From: a phage
Reading direction: 5' to 3' (one strand)
Sequence record: OZ346189.1
DNA: 64,000 bases
Positions 10,750 through 20,284 of this stretch are shown here, in pieces (the stretch's first letter is position 1; each line of letters begins with the position of its first letter). The translations under genes were made by a program, and so were the position numbers. Below the pieces are notes generated by a model. That model was not told where the DNA came from. It did no database searches and saw only the letters and a list, made by a program, of their open reading frames with translations.

Positions 10750-10910
10750 AAATTGTCAGCCATGATGCAGGATATTTCGGAATACGCTGGGAAGCTACAG
10801 TAAGATATGTCGACGGGACAACAAACAACATAGGGATTACACTTGGCGGCACTAGTGAAGATAACTCGCTGAAAATTGCCTACACGCCCAGAGGTATCTC
10901 TATTGATAGT

Positions 10911-13900
10911 ATGGATGTTGTTCGCAATGGCTACGGCGATGTGAATGTCAAAGTTACTCTTGGCGAACATCTTGGTGGGGAAAGGATCATCATGTATGCC
11001 TTTGATCATGATCCACGCACCAATGGAACTTATGCAAATCAGGCATGGAGTTACCTGATAAATGCACCTGAGCCGAATACTAAAGAGTTCTACTATGGTA
11101 TGAAGCGAGATGTGTGCAAGAAAACAGGAACACATGACTGGATTGCTATCTGCGTTAAAGATGAGCGCACAGCTTGGGATGAGCCTGTTAACAGATGGTT
11201 CATAGGTATTCCTACCAGAAGTGATAAGTATGTCGCAGAATATATTGTATGCATGGGCGGTACCAACCTAAACATGTGTTGGAACGAAGATGTAAACAAA
11301 TACTCTGATTATGACTATATGAGGGATTACTCTTGTAATTTGTGGTTTAACCAAACTACAGGTTACCCTCCAAGACAGGCGAGAGTAAACCCTGCAATCT
11401 TCACAGACACGCAGGTTTTCTTGACAAAACAGGCCAACGAGGTTCAGACCTTCAAGAATAAATACGATCCTAACAAGTGGTTCTACAACTGTTACGGCGC
11501 ATTTTTCTGGGGACCTGGTGAGTTACCTGGTGGGGGATCTTGCTTGAATGAGGCAACTTACGCAAGTGACTACATCATGGGGCAGGTCAAGAAGTATAAG
11601 ATAATCCCCGGTCCTGAGACTTTGGGCAATGCCGTTGACCCTTATATCATCATGACTGCACTGAGATCAAACATGGATGGGACATCCATGTCCATGCAAA
11701 TTCCGGTAACAAGCGGATACAAACGTGTTGTGATGATCATTAAGTGCGACCTGATAGGTAAACAAGTTCTTGCAGAAAACGGGACATCCACACATCCTTT
11801 TGAGATCGCTCTGCACTATCAGTTTGCTGACTCACCTTTTGCAGGGGATAAGAGAATATCTGATACAGACGCACAGCGTTGTAAGAAAGTATTGTTGGGT
11901 GCAGGTTGGTGGTGGTATGAGTTTGATTTAACAGACAAATTCACCGACACGTCTAAAGTTGTAACAGGACTTCGTCTAGACCTTGGCGAGAACATGCACA
12001 AAGCTGTTTGTGATGGCACCTATGGTGACCCTACAATATACCTAAAATATGTTTCTTTTGAGCATCCGGAAGATGTTGTCTACGGTCCAAAACTGAGATT
12101 GTTTGGCAGCTGGATTGCAAAAGATAGGGTAGGCATGGGTAAGAAGGTAAGAGGGCTCTTGGTTGATGCAGGAACAGAAGACATGCTGGTTAATGCAGTG
12201 TGGCCTGAATTACCTGGGACTCAGTGGGACAACTCAGCCAAATCTATAAACTGGTTTAACATTCATAGGGCCATGTGGACCACTAACTGCTACTTGTGGA
12301 GAGAGCTTAACGATCAGGCCTTTGGATTCAGCGATGGTAGAAGGATGGCGATCATTTGCTGGACAACACTGCAAAGATGTTATGACCATGACTATGAGAT
12401 TGGGGGCAGGGCATGGAAAAATATCAGGGATAGAATCATAACCAATTTTGCAGACGACAACGGTGGTGGAGCACATAACTTTGGCACAAGCCGACTCATC
12501 CATTTGAACGGATCCTCAGCCTACAAGAAAGAAGGTTACTCTGGGTCTATGATCGAGTGGGGTCTGGTGAAAGATGCTCGCGTATTGATGGGCCAGCAAC
12601 TTGCTGCCGCAATAGGTCCCAGCGCAGTGCAGTCGGTTAAACCAGCGTGGTTCGATATTCCATTGTGGTCACCCGGAACACCGGGAACTGCTGCAATCAA
12701 CCCTACCACTGGGGATCTAGAAATCTCCTGGGAGGACTTGAAGCAGGTCGGTGGTTGGGACAAAACAGGGTACCAGGTTCAGTGGTGGAGAGCTGATGGA
12801 TCTTTAGCTGCTGATGAGTTTGTTAAGGACAATTTCTACACTATGTCCTCTGCAAAAGCACAGCAATTATTTGGTCAGGCAACTCCGTCAACGATCACCA
12901 TGTCTATGTGCTGTAAAGACAACAGGACTGGAGCTTTGGGGCCAAGGGTTGCTAAAGTTTTCTCAGGTATTAAATGGAATCTACCTGTCCAAAGTATTTC
13001 ATGGAAGCAAATAGGTGATAACAAGCTGCTGGTTACCCCTGCCTGTCAGTTCAACGCAACTCTTAACGTTGATCCTGCTGTTGCGGCAAACTCAGCTAAA
13101 GCTTCTGACTTCTCTGTGTCTAACACTGCTATGGCAGATGTGAGGAAGATTGACACACTGAACGCCAGAATTACCTGTAAAAACACTTATGGCACATTCC
13201 AAATCATCAACAACTTCACAGATGCTGATTCTAAGGTAGTAAGGACAGCAAGCCAGACTCTGAGTTTAGGGACTCTGGCCTATGCGGCCCTGATCACCGA
13301 ACAGTCGGCAACACTCCAAGGAGGCGGTGTAGGCAAGTCCATTGCAACACCTGTGTGGAAGCCAAATGAGTGGGTTGTGTTTGATTTGACTGTGGACTTC
13401 TCCAGCGATAATAACTGGACATGGGTAAGGAATTGTTTGTCACAATTGATGGGCGGTCCAAGCTCCGTTAGTGATAGTCACGACTCTACTGACCCGAGTG
13501 TGTTCCAGGTAGGTAAAACTCACCCAGAGACTGGAGAAACGTTGCCTGACAGGAAGTATGCGTTGGTTTGCATCTCTTACGGGAAGGCAGATGTCACATT
13601 CTCAGGGACACACACTTATAACGGAACTTACAACTTCTCAAGGAAGTATAGTCTCAAAGCAGGGAACATTATAGACGAGGTCGGTGTGCTGTATAATCCG
13701 GGCAACGGCATAGGGATTGTGGGCGGTAAACTGCAGATGCAGGAACCTTCTATCACCCCTTCCAACGTATCCGGGATTAGAAAGACTTGGGAAAGTAGTA
13801 ATACCAACATTGCAACAGTGGATGCCACCACAGGGCTGGTAACATTTAAAGCTACTGGGAATGTCACCATAAAGTTTGTAGTTAGAGATGATGCAGGCCG

Positions 13901-14321
13901 CAAAACGTCTTCAACATCGTTTACTGTCAGACAGATGGCACCTCAGTGGTTTATTTGGGAAGGAAATCCTCTTGACGGGGCTTACCCTAGACCTGCAGGA
14001 ACGTCCAATATGAGGGTCTTTACCGGTCCGGTCATGAACAATCCGACCACAACCACCAACCCTACATTTTTTGGTGCTTACATACCTGAAATTATTGGCC
14101 TACCAAGGAACCAGATACAACTGCTTTTCGGAGCAGGTGTTGATGGTCTAGCCACTTTTGGGTACAGTGACAACATTGATGCAGCCAGAAGCTCGGGTTG
14201 GATTGGATTTAAGTTTCAGTGGAACCCTGGTGGTAGAACATTAGGTGTTGCAAGCATAGGTGTTATGCTACCTGGTAACCAGCAATACCATCTCGAAGCT
14301 TATACAAACTTCCCTAGTTAA
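10911..14321 (+). CDS. large tail-associated protein with bacterial Ig-like (Big_2-type) domain
   Basis: 1136-aa ORF; segment VSGIRKTWESSNTNIATVDATTGLVTFKATGNVTIKFVV fits the Big_2 pattern; last gene before a strong terminator. Confidence 0.55.
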   Translation: MDVVRNGYGDVNVKVTLGEHLGGERIIMYAFDHDPRTNGTYANQAWSYLINAPEPNTKEFYYGMKRDVCKKTGTHDWIAICVKDERTAWDEPVNRWFIGIPTRSDKYVAEYIVCMGGTNLNMCWNEDVNKYSDYDYMRDYSCNLWFNQTTGYPPRQARVNPAIFTDTQVFLTKQANEVQTFKNKYDPNKWFYNCYGAFFWGPGELPGGGSCLNEATYASDYIMGQVKKYKIIPGPETLGNAVDPYIIMTALRSNMDGTSMSMQIPVTSGYKRVVMIIKCDLIGKQVLAENGTSTHPFEIALHYQFADSPFAGDKRISDTDAQRCKKVLLGAGWWWYEFDLTDKFTDTSKVVTGLRLDLGENMHKAVCDGTYGDPTIYLKYVSFEHPEDVVYGPKLRLFGSWIAKDRVGMGKKVRGLLVDAGTEDMLVNAVWPELPGTQWDNSAKSINWFNIHRAMWTTNCYLWRELNDQAFGFSDGRRMAIICWTTLQRCYDHDYEIGGRAWKNIRDRIITNFADDNGGGAHNFGTSRLIHLNGSSAYKKEGYSGSMIEWGLVKDARVLMGQQLAAAIGPSAVQSVKPAWFDIPLWSPGTPGTAAINPTTGDLEISWEDLKQVGGWDKTGYQVQWWRADGSLAADEFVKDNFYTMSSAKAQQLFGQATPSTITMSMCCKDNRTGALGPRVAKVFSGIKWNLPVQSISWKQIGDNKLLVTPACQFNATLNVDPAVAANSAKASDFSVSNTAMADVRKIDTLNARITCKNTYGTFQIINNFTDADSKVVRTASQTLSLGTLAYAALITEQSATLQGGGVGKSIATPVWKPNEWVVFDLTVDFSSDNNWTWVRNCLSQLMGGPSSVSDSHDSTDPSVFQVGKTHPETGETLPDRKYALVCISYGKADVTFSGTHTYNGTYNFSRKYSLKAGNIIDEVGVLYNPGNGIGIVGGKLQMQEPSITPSNVSGIRKTWESSNTNIATVDATTGLVTFKATGNVTIKFVVRDDAGRKTSSTSFTVRQMAPQWFIWEGNPLDGAYPRPAGTSNMRVFTGPVMNNPTTTTNPTFFGAYIPEIIGLPRNQIQLLFGAGVDGLATFGYSDNIDAARSSGWIGFKFQWNPGGRTLGVASIGVMLPGNQQYHLEAYTNFPS

Positions 14322-14329
14322 CAGGAGGC

Positions 14330-14367
14330 AAATAAAAAAGGGGCCAGACGGCCCCTTTCTTTTTATA
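14330..14367. terminator. bidirectional rho-independent terminator between convergent gene blocks
   Basis: aaataaaaaaggggccagacggcccctttctttttat: GC stem flanked by A-run and T-run. Confidence 0.65.
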
Positions 14368-14368
14368 A

Positions 14369-14569
14369 TTAGTAATATTCCCAACACGACCCATCTTCAG
14401 ACGGCTGGACACGCTTACCTTCATGATCGACATAGGTGTAACCACAGCCTTCACAGATAACAGGGGCCGCATAACCTTCCTTCCACTGGTCCTCTGTGAT
14501 CAGTCCTTTCAGATCTCCGCAGTCACGACCAAACAACTCTTCAGAACAATCTTTGCAAAAATCAGCCAT
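14369..14569 (-). CDS. small Cys-rich zinc-ribbon-like protein
   Basis: 66-aa ORF with CxxC...CxxC pairs (CKDC, CEGC). Confidence 0.45.
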   Translation of the reverse strand: MADFCKDCSEELFGRDCGDLKGLITEDQWKEGYAAPVICEGCGYTYVDHEGKRVQPSEDGSCWEYY

Positions 14570-14635
14570 CTCTATCAGTCTCCATATTTAACCAATCTAT
14601 ATTACATATTGCCGAAGAAACAGTATTTCATTTCA

Positions 14636-14854
14636 TCACAGATCTCCAACAACTTCCCAAATACCCCAGTGAGCATCTATATCCTTGATAAAGTATCTTT
14701 CTCCACGGTTTGTCCACACACCTATCCCAACTTTACCATCTATCCCATTGTATACATCTGCCTCATACTCTTTGCCCGGTGTAAAGTGTACACCCATCAT
14801 AAGGGCTGTTATTCCGTTAGGATTTTTAAATTTAACAAATTTTACTTTGCTCAT
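14636..14854 (-). CDS. hypothetical protein
   Basis: 72-aa ORF, co-directional and tightly spaced. Confidence 0.45.
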   Translation of the reverse strand: MSKVKFVKFKNPNGITALMMGVHFTPGKEYEADVYNGIDGKVGIGVWTNRGERYFIKDIDAHWGIWEVVGDL

Positions 14855-14855
14855 A

Positions 14856-15185
14856 TTACTTAATCCTTGCAGTTACAGTAGCGCTATACCCCATGTAGTT
14901 ATGAGACATAAAGAATGTAAGCCCTTTAAGTTCAGGATTCTTTCTAAGAAATCGTTTCAATTTTCGAATGCAATTAACACCATGATCATAGTTTGAGAAA
15001 TTAAATTTAATACCCTGCTCCATCATAGTGCACACTTCTTCATGGGTATGCCATTGTCTATCGTGGTCACAAAACCAGTAACCAATACCTTCTTTTTCTT
15101 GGATATGCAATCCCCAAAATACTTTATGCATTGGATATTTTGGTTTTCTACCATGATAATGTAGTTTAATATTCACATGTGCCAT
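14856..15185 (-). CDS. hypothetical protein
   Basis: 109-aa ORF; RBS ggagtaac upstream on minus strand; own promoter upstream. Confidence 0.5.
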   Translation of the reverse strand: MAHVNIKLHYHGRKPKYPMHKVFWGLHIQEKEGIGYWFCDHDRQWHTHEEVCTMMEQGIKFNFSNYDHGVNCIRKLKRFLRKNPELKGLTFFMSHNYMGYSATVTARIK

Positions 15186-15219
15186 TTTTTTGTTACTCCG
15201 TTCTGTATCTGTGATAATG

Positions 15220-15249
15220 AGAATAGCAAACTGGGGTGTGTGCTGTCAA
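15220..15249 (-). promoter_or_regulatory. sigma70-like promoter (minus strand)
   Basis: minus strand reads ttgaca-N18-tattct about 30 nt upstream of the 14856..15185 start. Confidence 0.4.
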
Positions 15250-15354
15250 CAACATTTTTAAGCGTTTTGGGGAAGTTTTTTGAAAGGTGGGTGTAATCCC
15301 AAGAGAGGGTGGAGTTATTGAAGGCACAGGCCTCTTTTGAGGCCTTAAAATCGA

Positions 15355-15735
15355 TTATGACACTTTGACGTAGCGCTCTGACAGAGCTGGAAAGCCAAAA
15401 GCAGTACCTACACTGCCGTACGCTATCCACCATTGAAGTTCATCGTGACACCATTTTCCGATCAGAAAGGTGCTTGGGTAGCGGGTCAGTATTTTGGCAT
15501 AAGCTTTAGGGTCTGCATCCTCTGGGATAATGATGCTTGGAACATCTTTGTTATGACCACAGCAGCAGTTTAGAGTTTTCAATCCTGCCGCCCATAGACT
15601 CATGATAGGCTTAGCCATGCACTTATCAAGGCACACACGTTTTTTGCCGTCTCGAAGTTTTTTAGGCACATCGACGATAACATTTGGATGCTTGGCACCT
15701 TTCACTTTCCAATTATAGGATTTACACTTGCACAT
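15355..15735 (-). CDS. Cys-rich protein, probable metal-binding
   Basis: 126-aa ORF with CKCK and NCCCGHN cysteine clusters. Confidence 0.5.
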   Translation of the reverse strand: MCKCKSYNWKVKGAKHPNVIVDVPKKLRDGKKRVCLDKCMAKPIMSLWAAGLKTLNCCCGHNKDVPSIIIPEDADPKAYAKILTRYPSTFLIGKWCHDELQWWIAYGSVGTAFGFPALSERYVKVS

Positions 15736-15765
15736 TTAATCAGTCTCCGTCTAGAAAGCAATACT

Positions 15766-15936
15766 TTACTTAAAATCTTTGTCACCTATTACGATTGCAC
15801 GAATCCACTCATTGTGATGTTCAATGGCGGTAAGGTGTAACATAATGCAGTGATTGTCATTACTAAACACGGTGCGGTAAGCTTTGGCAGCACCATGATA
15901 TAACTTCCACATCAGGTAATGATATCTTCGCCTCAT
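15766..15936 (-). CDS. small hypothetical protein (56 aa)
   Basis: ORF below the track cut-off, found by manual translation; RBS ggagtaaagag upstream. Confidence 0.3.
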   Translation of the reverse strand: MRRRYHYLMWKLYHGAAKAYRTVFSNDNHCIMLHLTAIEHHNEWIRAIVIGDKDFK

Positions 15937-15942
15937 GACTCT

Positions 15943-16413
15943 TTACTCCGGTTCAGGATCTGGGTAATCTTCAATAATAAAGGGCCATCCGTTCCGCTTA
16001 GCCTCAGACTTATACTCAATCTCCTTCATTGCAAACTCTAACTGATTCTTAGCCGGAATACATGCCGGAGAATCATCAATCCAGATATCTGGGTAGATAT
16101 CAAACTGCGCCAGATAGGCTGCCTTCTGAACACCACCAGTATAAAACACACCAACATCAAGCTCCTTGCGCCAATACTCAATGTCTACATTGTCTTGAGT
16201 AATGAATCGGAAAGTCACAAGGTAGACTGTCCACCCCTCCTTCTTCAGATCCCTGATCAGGCGGGAGAAGATGAAAGGGCTCGCATTAAACGTTCCATCA
16301 AAGTCAATGGCAATGATGTGCGTGCCGTGGCGAGTCTCATATGGATTGCTCGTGGTAAGATTGCTGTAATTAAAAGGGACTTCTTCCCCGCAGTAGCTGT
16401 AGTCCATATTCAC
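15943..16413 (-). CDS. HAD-superfamily phosphatase / nucleotidase-like protein
   Basis: 156-aa ORF with HAD motif I IAIDFDGT (DxDGT). Confidence 0.55.
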   Translation of the reverse strand: MNMDYSYCGEEVPFNYSNLTTSNPYETRHGTHIIAIDFDGTFNASPFIFSRLIRDLKKEGWTVYLVTFRFITQDNVDIEYWRKELDVGVFYTGGVQKAAYLAQFDIYPDIWIDDSPACIPAKNQLEFAMKEIEYKSEAKRNGWPFIIEDYPDPEPE

Positions 16414-16685
16414 ACCTTCTCGTTGATAAATTTACGGGCGGTTTGGTGAGTTGTTTCTGCTGTCTTCAGAATGATATTAATTTTATTGTCAAGATCATTC
16501 ATCTCAGCAGTTAATTCAGGGATTTCTCCAGCATGCATGGTGAAATCATACATAGACATGCCCAGAATCTCATTGATGCGACGGTTGCATTCTGCAGCAC
16601 GCTGGTTCATTTTCCAAGCTAACACCAAAGCCTCCTGCGTAGCCTCTAGTGCAAAATCTAATACGTCGGCCTCTTCTTTCGTCAT
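16410..16685 (-). CDS. hypothetical protein
   Basis: 91-aa ORF, overlapping stop/start with neighbours. Confidence 0.45.
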   Translation of the reverse strand: MTKEEADVLDFALEATQEALVLAWKMNQRAAECNRRINEILGMSMYDFTMHAGEIPELTAEMNDLDNKINIILKTAETTHQTARKFINEKV

Positions 16686-16742
16686 CTTAGTCTCTCCTGT
16701 TGTATTGTTGGTAGGTGTATGAATACCTTATAACTCACCTTT

Positions 16743-17309
16743 TTATTCAAACTGCAATAGTAAGTCCACCACCGCGCTAGGTCTGTCAACAAATTCCCCA
16801 GGTCCACATGCCCACAGAGGGTATCCGTCCACATACCGCCAAATCCAACCTGCAGTGTGGAGTTCGAGCAGGGCAGTACCGTCCTTACTGTCAACCACTC
16901 TTTCCCACAGTGTTGGGCAGCGAAGCTTGAGAATCGGATCACCTCCCTTATACCCGTCCATGTAGATACCCATTGCAAAGTTCAGCATCATCTTTTTGTG
17001 CACTGATCTCTTACTGAGGGTGCTCATCACTTCCTCTTTGTGAATGTTTGTAAGCTTCTCTTTGGCTACCCGCAGATCGTTGCAACCATTGTTCAGCAAA
17101 TCTTCCAGACACTTGATCCGGAGGTCGTGAATGTCTTTGTCGTGTACCGTTGGCACAGGGTCGTAGCGGTATAGCACTGTTGATACAAGGTTGCTCGGGT
17201 GTGGGTCTGACAACAACCCATAGCCCCAATACTCTTCTGTATCTGAAAGGACAAGGCACCCAATGTCTCTGTCAAGCTTTCCTGTGTTGTAAGCCACATT
17301 GACCGCCAT
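16743..17309 (-). CDS. hypothetical protein
   Basis: 188-aa ORF. Confidence 0.5.
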   Translation of the reverse strand: MAVNVAYNTGKLDRDIGCLVLSDTEEYWGYGLLSDPHPSNLVSTVLYRYDPVPTVHDKDIHDLRIKCLEDLLNNGCNDLRVAKEKLTNIHKEEVMSTLSKRSVHKKMMLNFAMGIYMDGYKGGDPILKLRCPTLWERVVDSKDGTALLELHTAGWIWRYVDGYPLWACGPGEFVDRPSAVVDLLLQFE

Positions 17310-17311
17310 GA

Positions 17312-17557
17312 CTATAGCTCCACTAGCAAAGTGCTTTCAAAGTGCCGTTCATGCAGACCGTTGTAAGGGACCACCTCCACAACGCCATCACGGACATATG
17401 GGGCCATCATGGTGGTATAATCTCCAAACGGGTTGGTATTGTCACTAACCACAACCACCTTCTGCCCTTCCTTGGCAGAGTGCCAAATAGATCTGCACTT
17501 CATCAGGTGTTCGAGAGCTCCAGGTAAAATTTTGTTACGTTCTTTACGGGTCTTCAT
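17312..17557 (-). CDS. hypothetical protein
   Basis: 81-aa ORF. Confidence 0.45.
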   Translation of the reverse strand: MKTRKERNKILPGALEHLMKCRSIWHSAKEGQKVVVVSDNTNPFGDYTTMMAPYVRDGVVEVVPYNGLHERHFESTLLVEL

Positions 17558-18003
17558 AACAGGTATAGCTCCTTATGAAAGTGATCTTTTAATTTCTCAC
17601 TGAGAAACTTCTTGATACCTTCCTCTAAAGTGTTTTCGATGTAGTCCAGCTTAACTGCTTCGATGGACATATCATAGATCGCCAGCTCTAAGCTGTCAAG
17701 TCCCATCATAGCATGAACCATAAGATTTTCATCTTCAGATACATTCAGGGGACTTCCTATAACATCTGGAGGCAGAATAGTTTCCCAATTATTCTGGGTG
17801 GTAGTTCTCCCTCCCTCTGCTTTACGGCGCAGTTCGAATGTGTTCTTAGTATAAAACACTTCATAAGAAACGATACGACTGTCGCTCTCATAATAAACGA
17901 AGTTCAGGTAGGAGCCTAGCCGCAGTCGGCAAACTTCCACCCCAAACCATTGTTTCTTATAAGAATTCAGGCTAATGCTGTCGCATTCACGTTTGCTCAA
18001 CAC
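17554..18003 (-). CDS. hypothetical protein
   Basis: 149-aa ORF, ATGA overlap with downstream gene. Confidence 0.5.
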   Translation of the reverse strand: MLSKRECDSISLNSYKKQWFGVEVCRLRLGSYLNFVYYESDSRIVSYEVFYTKNTFELRRKAEGGRTTTQNNWETILPPDVIGSPLNVSEDENLMVHAMMGLDSLELAIYDMSIEAVKLDYIENTLEEGIKKFLSEKLKDHFHKELYLL

Positions 18004-18019
18004 GGCTATCTCCTTTTTG

Positions 18020-18253
18020 TTAATCTTCGTAAATCAGGATTTCTGCTTTAGGTTTTCGTGCTTTCAGGTCCAGCTCTATCCAGTGCACCATAGCTGTTTC
18101 AAGAAAAACAGCTTGGATGCATCCGTCCTCAGCGTGCCCCACCAACATAACGAGATCTTCACCTTCGTCATCTGCATCACGAACATAAAGAATCTCTCCA
18201 GATTCGAAGTCTTTCACAACCTGATTGCTAGATAATTTTCGAATTTTTGCCAT
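18020..18253 (-). CDS. hypothetical protein
   Basis: 77-aa ORF. Confidence 0.45.
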   Translation of the reverse strand: MAKIRKLSSNQVVKDFESGEILYVRDADDEGEDLVMLVGHAEDGCIQAVFLETAMVHWIELDLKARKPKAEILIYED

Positions 18254-18254
18254 A

Positions 18255-18518
18255 TCAGAAACCCTCTAAAAAGCTCTTGTAGAAAACAATCTCAGTATCC
18301 ACACCAGTCACAATCTTGTCGTTCCTGATTTCATCGGTAAGATAGGTGTCAAAACGCAGAACCTGTGTGGTGTTGTCACACATCCACTCAGCTGTGACCA
18401 TTGCGAAAATCTTAGCATCTTCATTATCTGGTGTGAATGTTACCACCTCACCGCACTTAAACTTTTCGATAGGCTGAGTGTTAGCTTTCGGTTCTGCGAT
18501 AGTGATTTTTGTGGTCAT
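18255..18518 (-). CDS. hypothetical protein
   Basis: 87-aa ORF. Confidence 0.45.
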   Translation of the reverse strand: MTTKITIAEPKANTQPIEKFKCGEVVTFTPDNEDAKIFAMVTAEWMCDNTTQVLRFDTYLTDEIRNDKIVTGVDTEIVFYKSFLEGF

Positions 18519-18784
18519 TATTCTTCCTCCATAGTTTCACCAAATACTTCGATACGAGCATCGAGCTCGGTTGCTTTCAGCTCCCCAACAAAATATTTTA
18601 GTTCTTTCTCGTCCAGATCGTAAGCCCACACACAAGAAGAACATGCAGATTTCACAATCAGCAGCGTAGATACACGACCTGACTCTGTGATCATGCTCAC
18701 AATGGTTCCCACAGGGAACGTGTTGATAGCTTTTTTAACTGGGCGTTCAGCTTTAATTACTACCTCTGTTGCCATAAATAACAT
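18518..18784 (-). CDS. hypothetical protein
   Basis: 88-aa ORF. Confidence 0.45.
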   Translation of the reverse strand: MLFMATEVVIKAERPVKKAINTFPVGTIVSMITESGRVSTLLIVKSACSSCVWAYDLDEKELKYFVGELKATELDARIEVFGETMEEE

Positions 18785-18790
18785 CCTCTC

Positions 18791-20251
18791 TTACTTAGCG
18801 TACTCGATTAATTCCACAGTTTTACCAAAGCTAGGGATATAATTTTTATTATACCCTTCGGTTAGAACCCATAAAGTATCGTACTTTTTCCACTTGTTGT
18901 CAACAGCCTTTTGTTCAAAGTTATGCTCAAAGTATAGGTCGGTCAGGACGATGACATCTTTTGCATTTGGTATGTTGGCATCCAGATACTCGAACACGCA
19001 AGCAGCTGTTGTTCCCCATGTTGAGTGGACCTCATAGTTGATCATTTCGTCTATGTTGCCGCGAGTGTATACTTTAACCTCTCCAACCTCAGTTGACCAA
19101 CAGAACATTGTAACCTTAAATTCTTTATACAGATTGCACAATCCGGTGATTTCATTGAACATTTTCTTTAAAGTTCTTTGAGAGATCGAGCCAGAAACGT
19201 CTAAAGCCACCACAATATCTATAGTGTTTTCCGGATTACGACCAGGAACAATAACGTGCTGGTTCTTGTTTATAGCTCCGACTTTTCGCATTGTGCTGGT
19301 CAAAGACCCAGATCGGCGACCAGGTTTTCTGTAGGTCAGTTCGGCCTTTCTTTTAGACAACATACGCTGCTTGATGATGTCTATATAATTGATTACAGGC
19401 TTACCTCTATTCTTGACAAACTCACGAACCGCCTCAGGGCAACGACCTCCGGAAGCTTGCATTGCTGCCTCAAGCATGTCACCAGAGTCCTGCATGGCCT
19501 GATCTTTATCAGATTGGCTGATTACTGGTTGCGGCTGATCATACCCCATAGCCTTTCCAAGATCATCACTAGTACCACCGTTCCCACTCATGTGATCATC
19601 GGTTTGTCGTTTATCTCCTTGGGAGTTCTCGCCTTTACCGTTCTTACTTTTACCGCTATTCTTATCTCTTTGTTTATCAAGAACTGCATAGACGTTCTCA
19701 GCAATCCATCCATGAAACTTCATGTCGCAGTAGCAACTAGCTAAGAAGCCAAAAGGCTTACCTTTTACGAACTCAGTGCTTTTCCCCTTCGGGAAGAAAA
19801 CACAAGGAGGCTTGCTAAAGTCAACCACAAGACCTGTGTTGATAACGTGATCACAAGCAATATTGAACAGTTCCGGCTCAAAGCTTTTACCACGGACCAG
19901 ATGATCACAGATAATGTGCCCCACCTCATGTGACAGAAGAAAGGCCACCTCTTTCACAGATTTTGGGGAATAGAAAACCTCAGCCATCTCAAACTGCTTG
20001 TCAGTCAGAGATGATTTAAGAATGGTTTTACGCTCATCTGCCAACCCCATAATGAACTCAGGGCTGTAGTAGATGCGTTTATGGTCTGTTGCCATAGTGG
20101 AGCACCATGTGTGGTTTTCTACGAACTGCAACCCTGACAACAGTGTGCCATAAAACGGCAGCTTTTCAAGAAGGTACATGCGAGCGGCCTGCAGCATTCG
20201 CAAGGCATCATCTTTTTGTGCGGTAATGATTTCTGAACTTCTGCTATCCAT
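18791..20251 (-). CDS. metallopeptidase-like (HExxH) / von Willebrand factor A domain protein, MoxR-partner type
   Basis: HEVGHIICDH zinc-peptidase motif and VVALDVSGS MIDAS-like (DxSxS) motif; track start TTG at 20272 lies inside a GC hairpin, ATG at 20251 (MDSRSS...) preferred. Confidence 0.6.
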   Translation of the reverse strand: MDSRSSEIITAQKDDALRMLQAARMYLLEKLPFYGTLLSGLQFVENHTWCSTMATDHKRIYYSPEFIMGLADERKTILKSSLTDKQFEMAEVFYSPKSVKEVAFLLSHEVGHIICDHLVRGKSFEPELFNIACDHVINTGLVVDFSKPPCVFFPKGKSTEFVKGKPFGFLASCYCDMKFHGWIAENVYAVLDKQRDKNSGKSKNGKGENSQGDKRQTDDHMSGNGGTSDDLGKAMGYDQPQPVISQSDKDQAMQDSGDMLEAAMQASGGRCPEAVREFVKNRGKPVINYIDIIKQRMLSKRKAELTYRKPGRRSGSLTSTMRKVGAINKNQHVIVPGRNPENTIDIVVALDVSGSISQRTLKKMFNEITGLCNLYKEFKVTMFCWSTEVGEVKVYTRGNIDEMINYEVHSTWGTTAACVFEYLDANIPNAKDVIVLTDLYFEHNFEQKAVDNKWKKYDTLWVLTEGYNKNYIPSFGKTVELIEYAK

Positions 20252-20260
20252 TAAAACTCC

Positions 20261-20281
20261 AGAAGGGGCCAATGGCCCCTG
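20261..20281 (-). terminator. GC hairpin between 20285..21337 and the vWA gene (terminator or attenuator)
   Basis: aggggccattggcccct on the minus strand followed by tctggagtttta. Confidence 0.4.
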
Positions 20282-20284
20282 TCA

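Noticed and set aside
15173-15433. 86-aa minus-strand ORF overlapping the Cys-rich gene 15355..15735
   Set aside because: Overlaps the 3' end of a better-supported gene; the region 15186..15354 instead holds a hairpin and a promoter-like ttgaca/tattct pair for the downstream gene.
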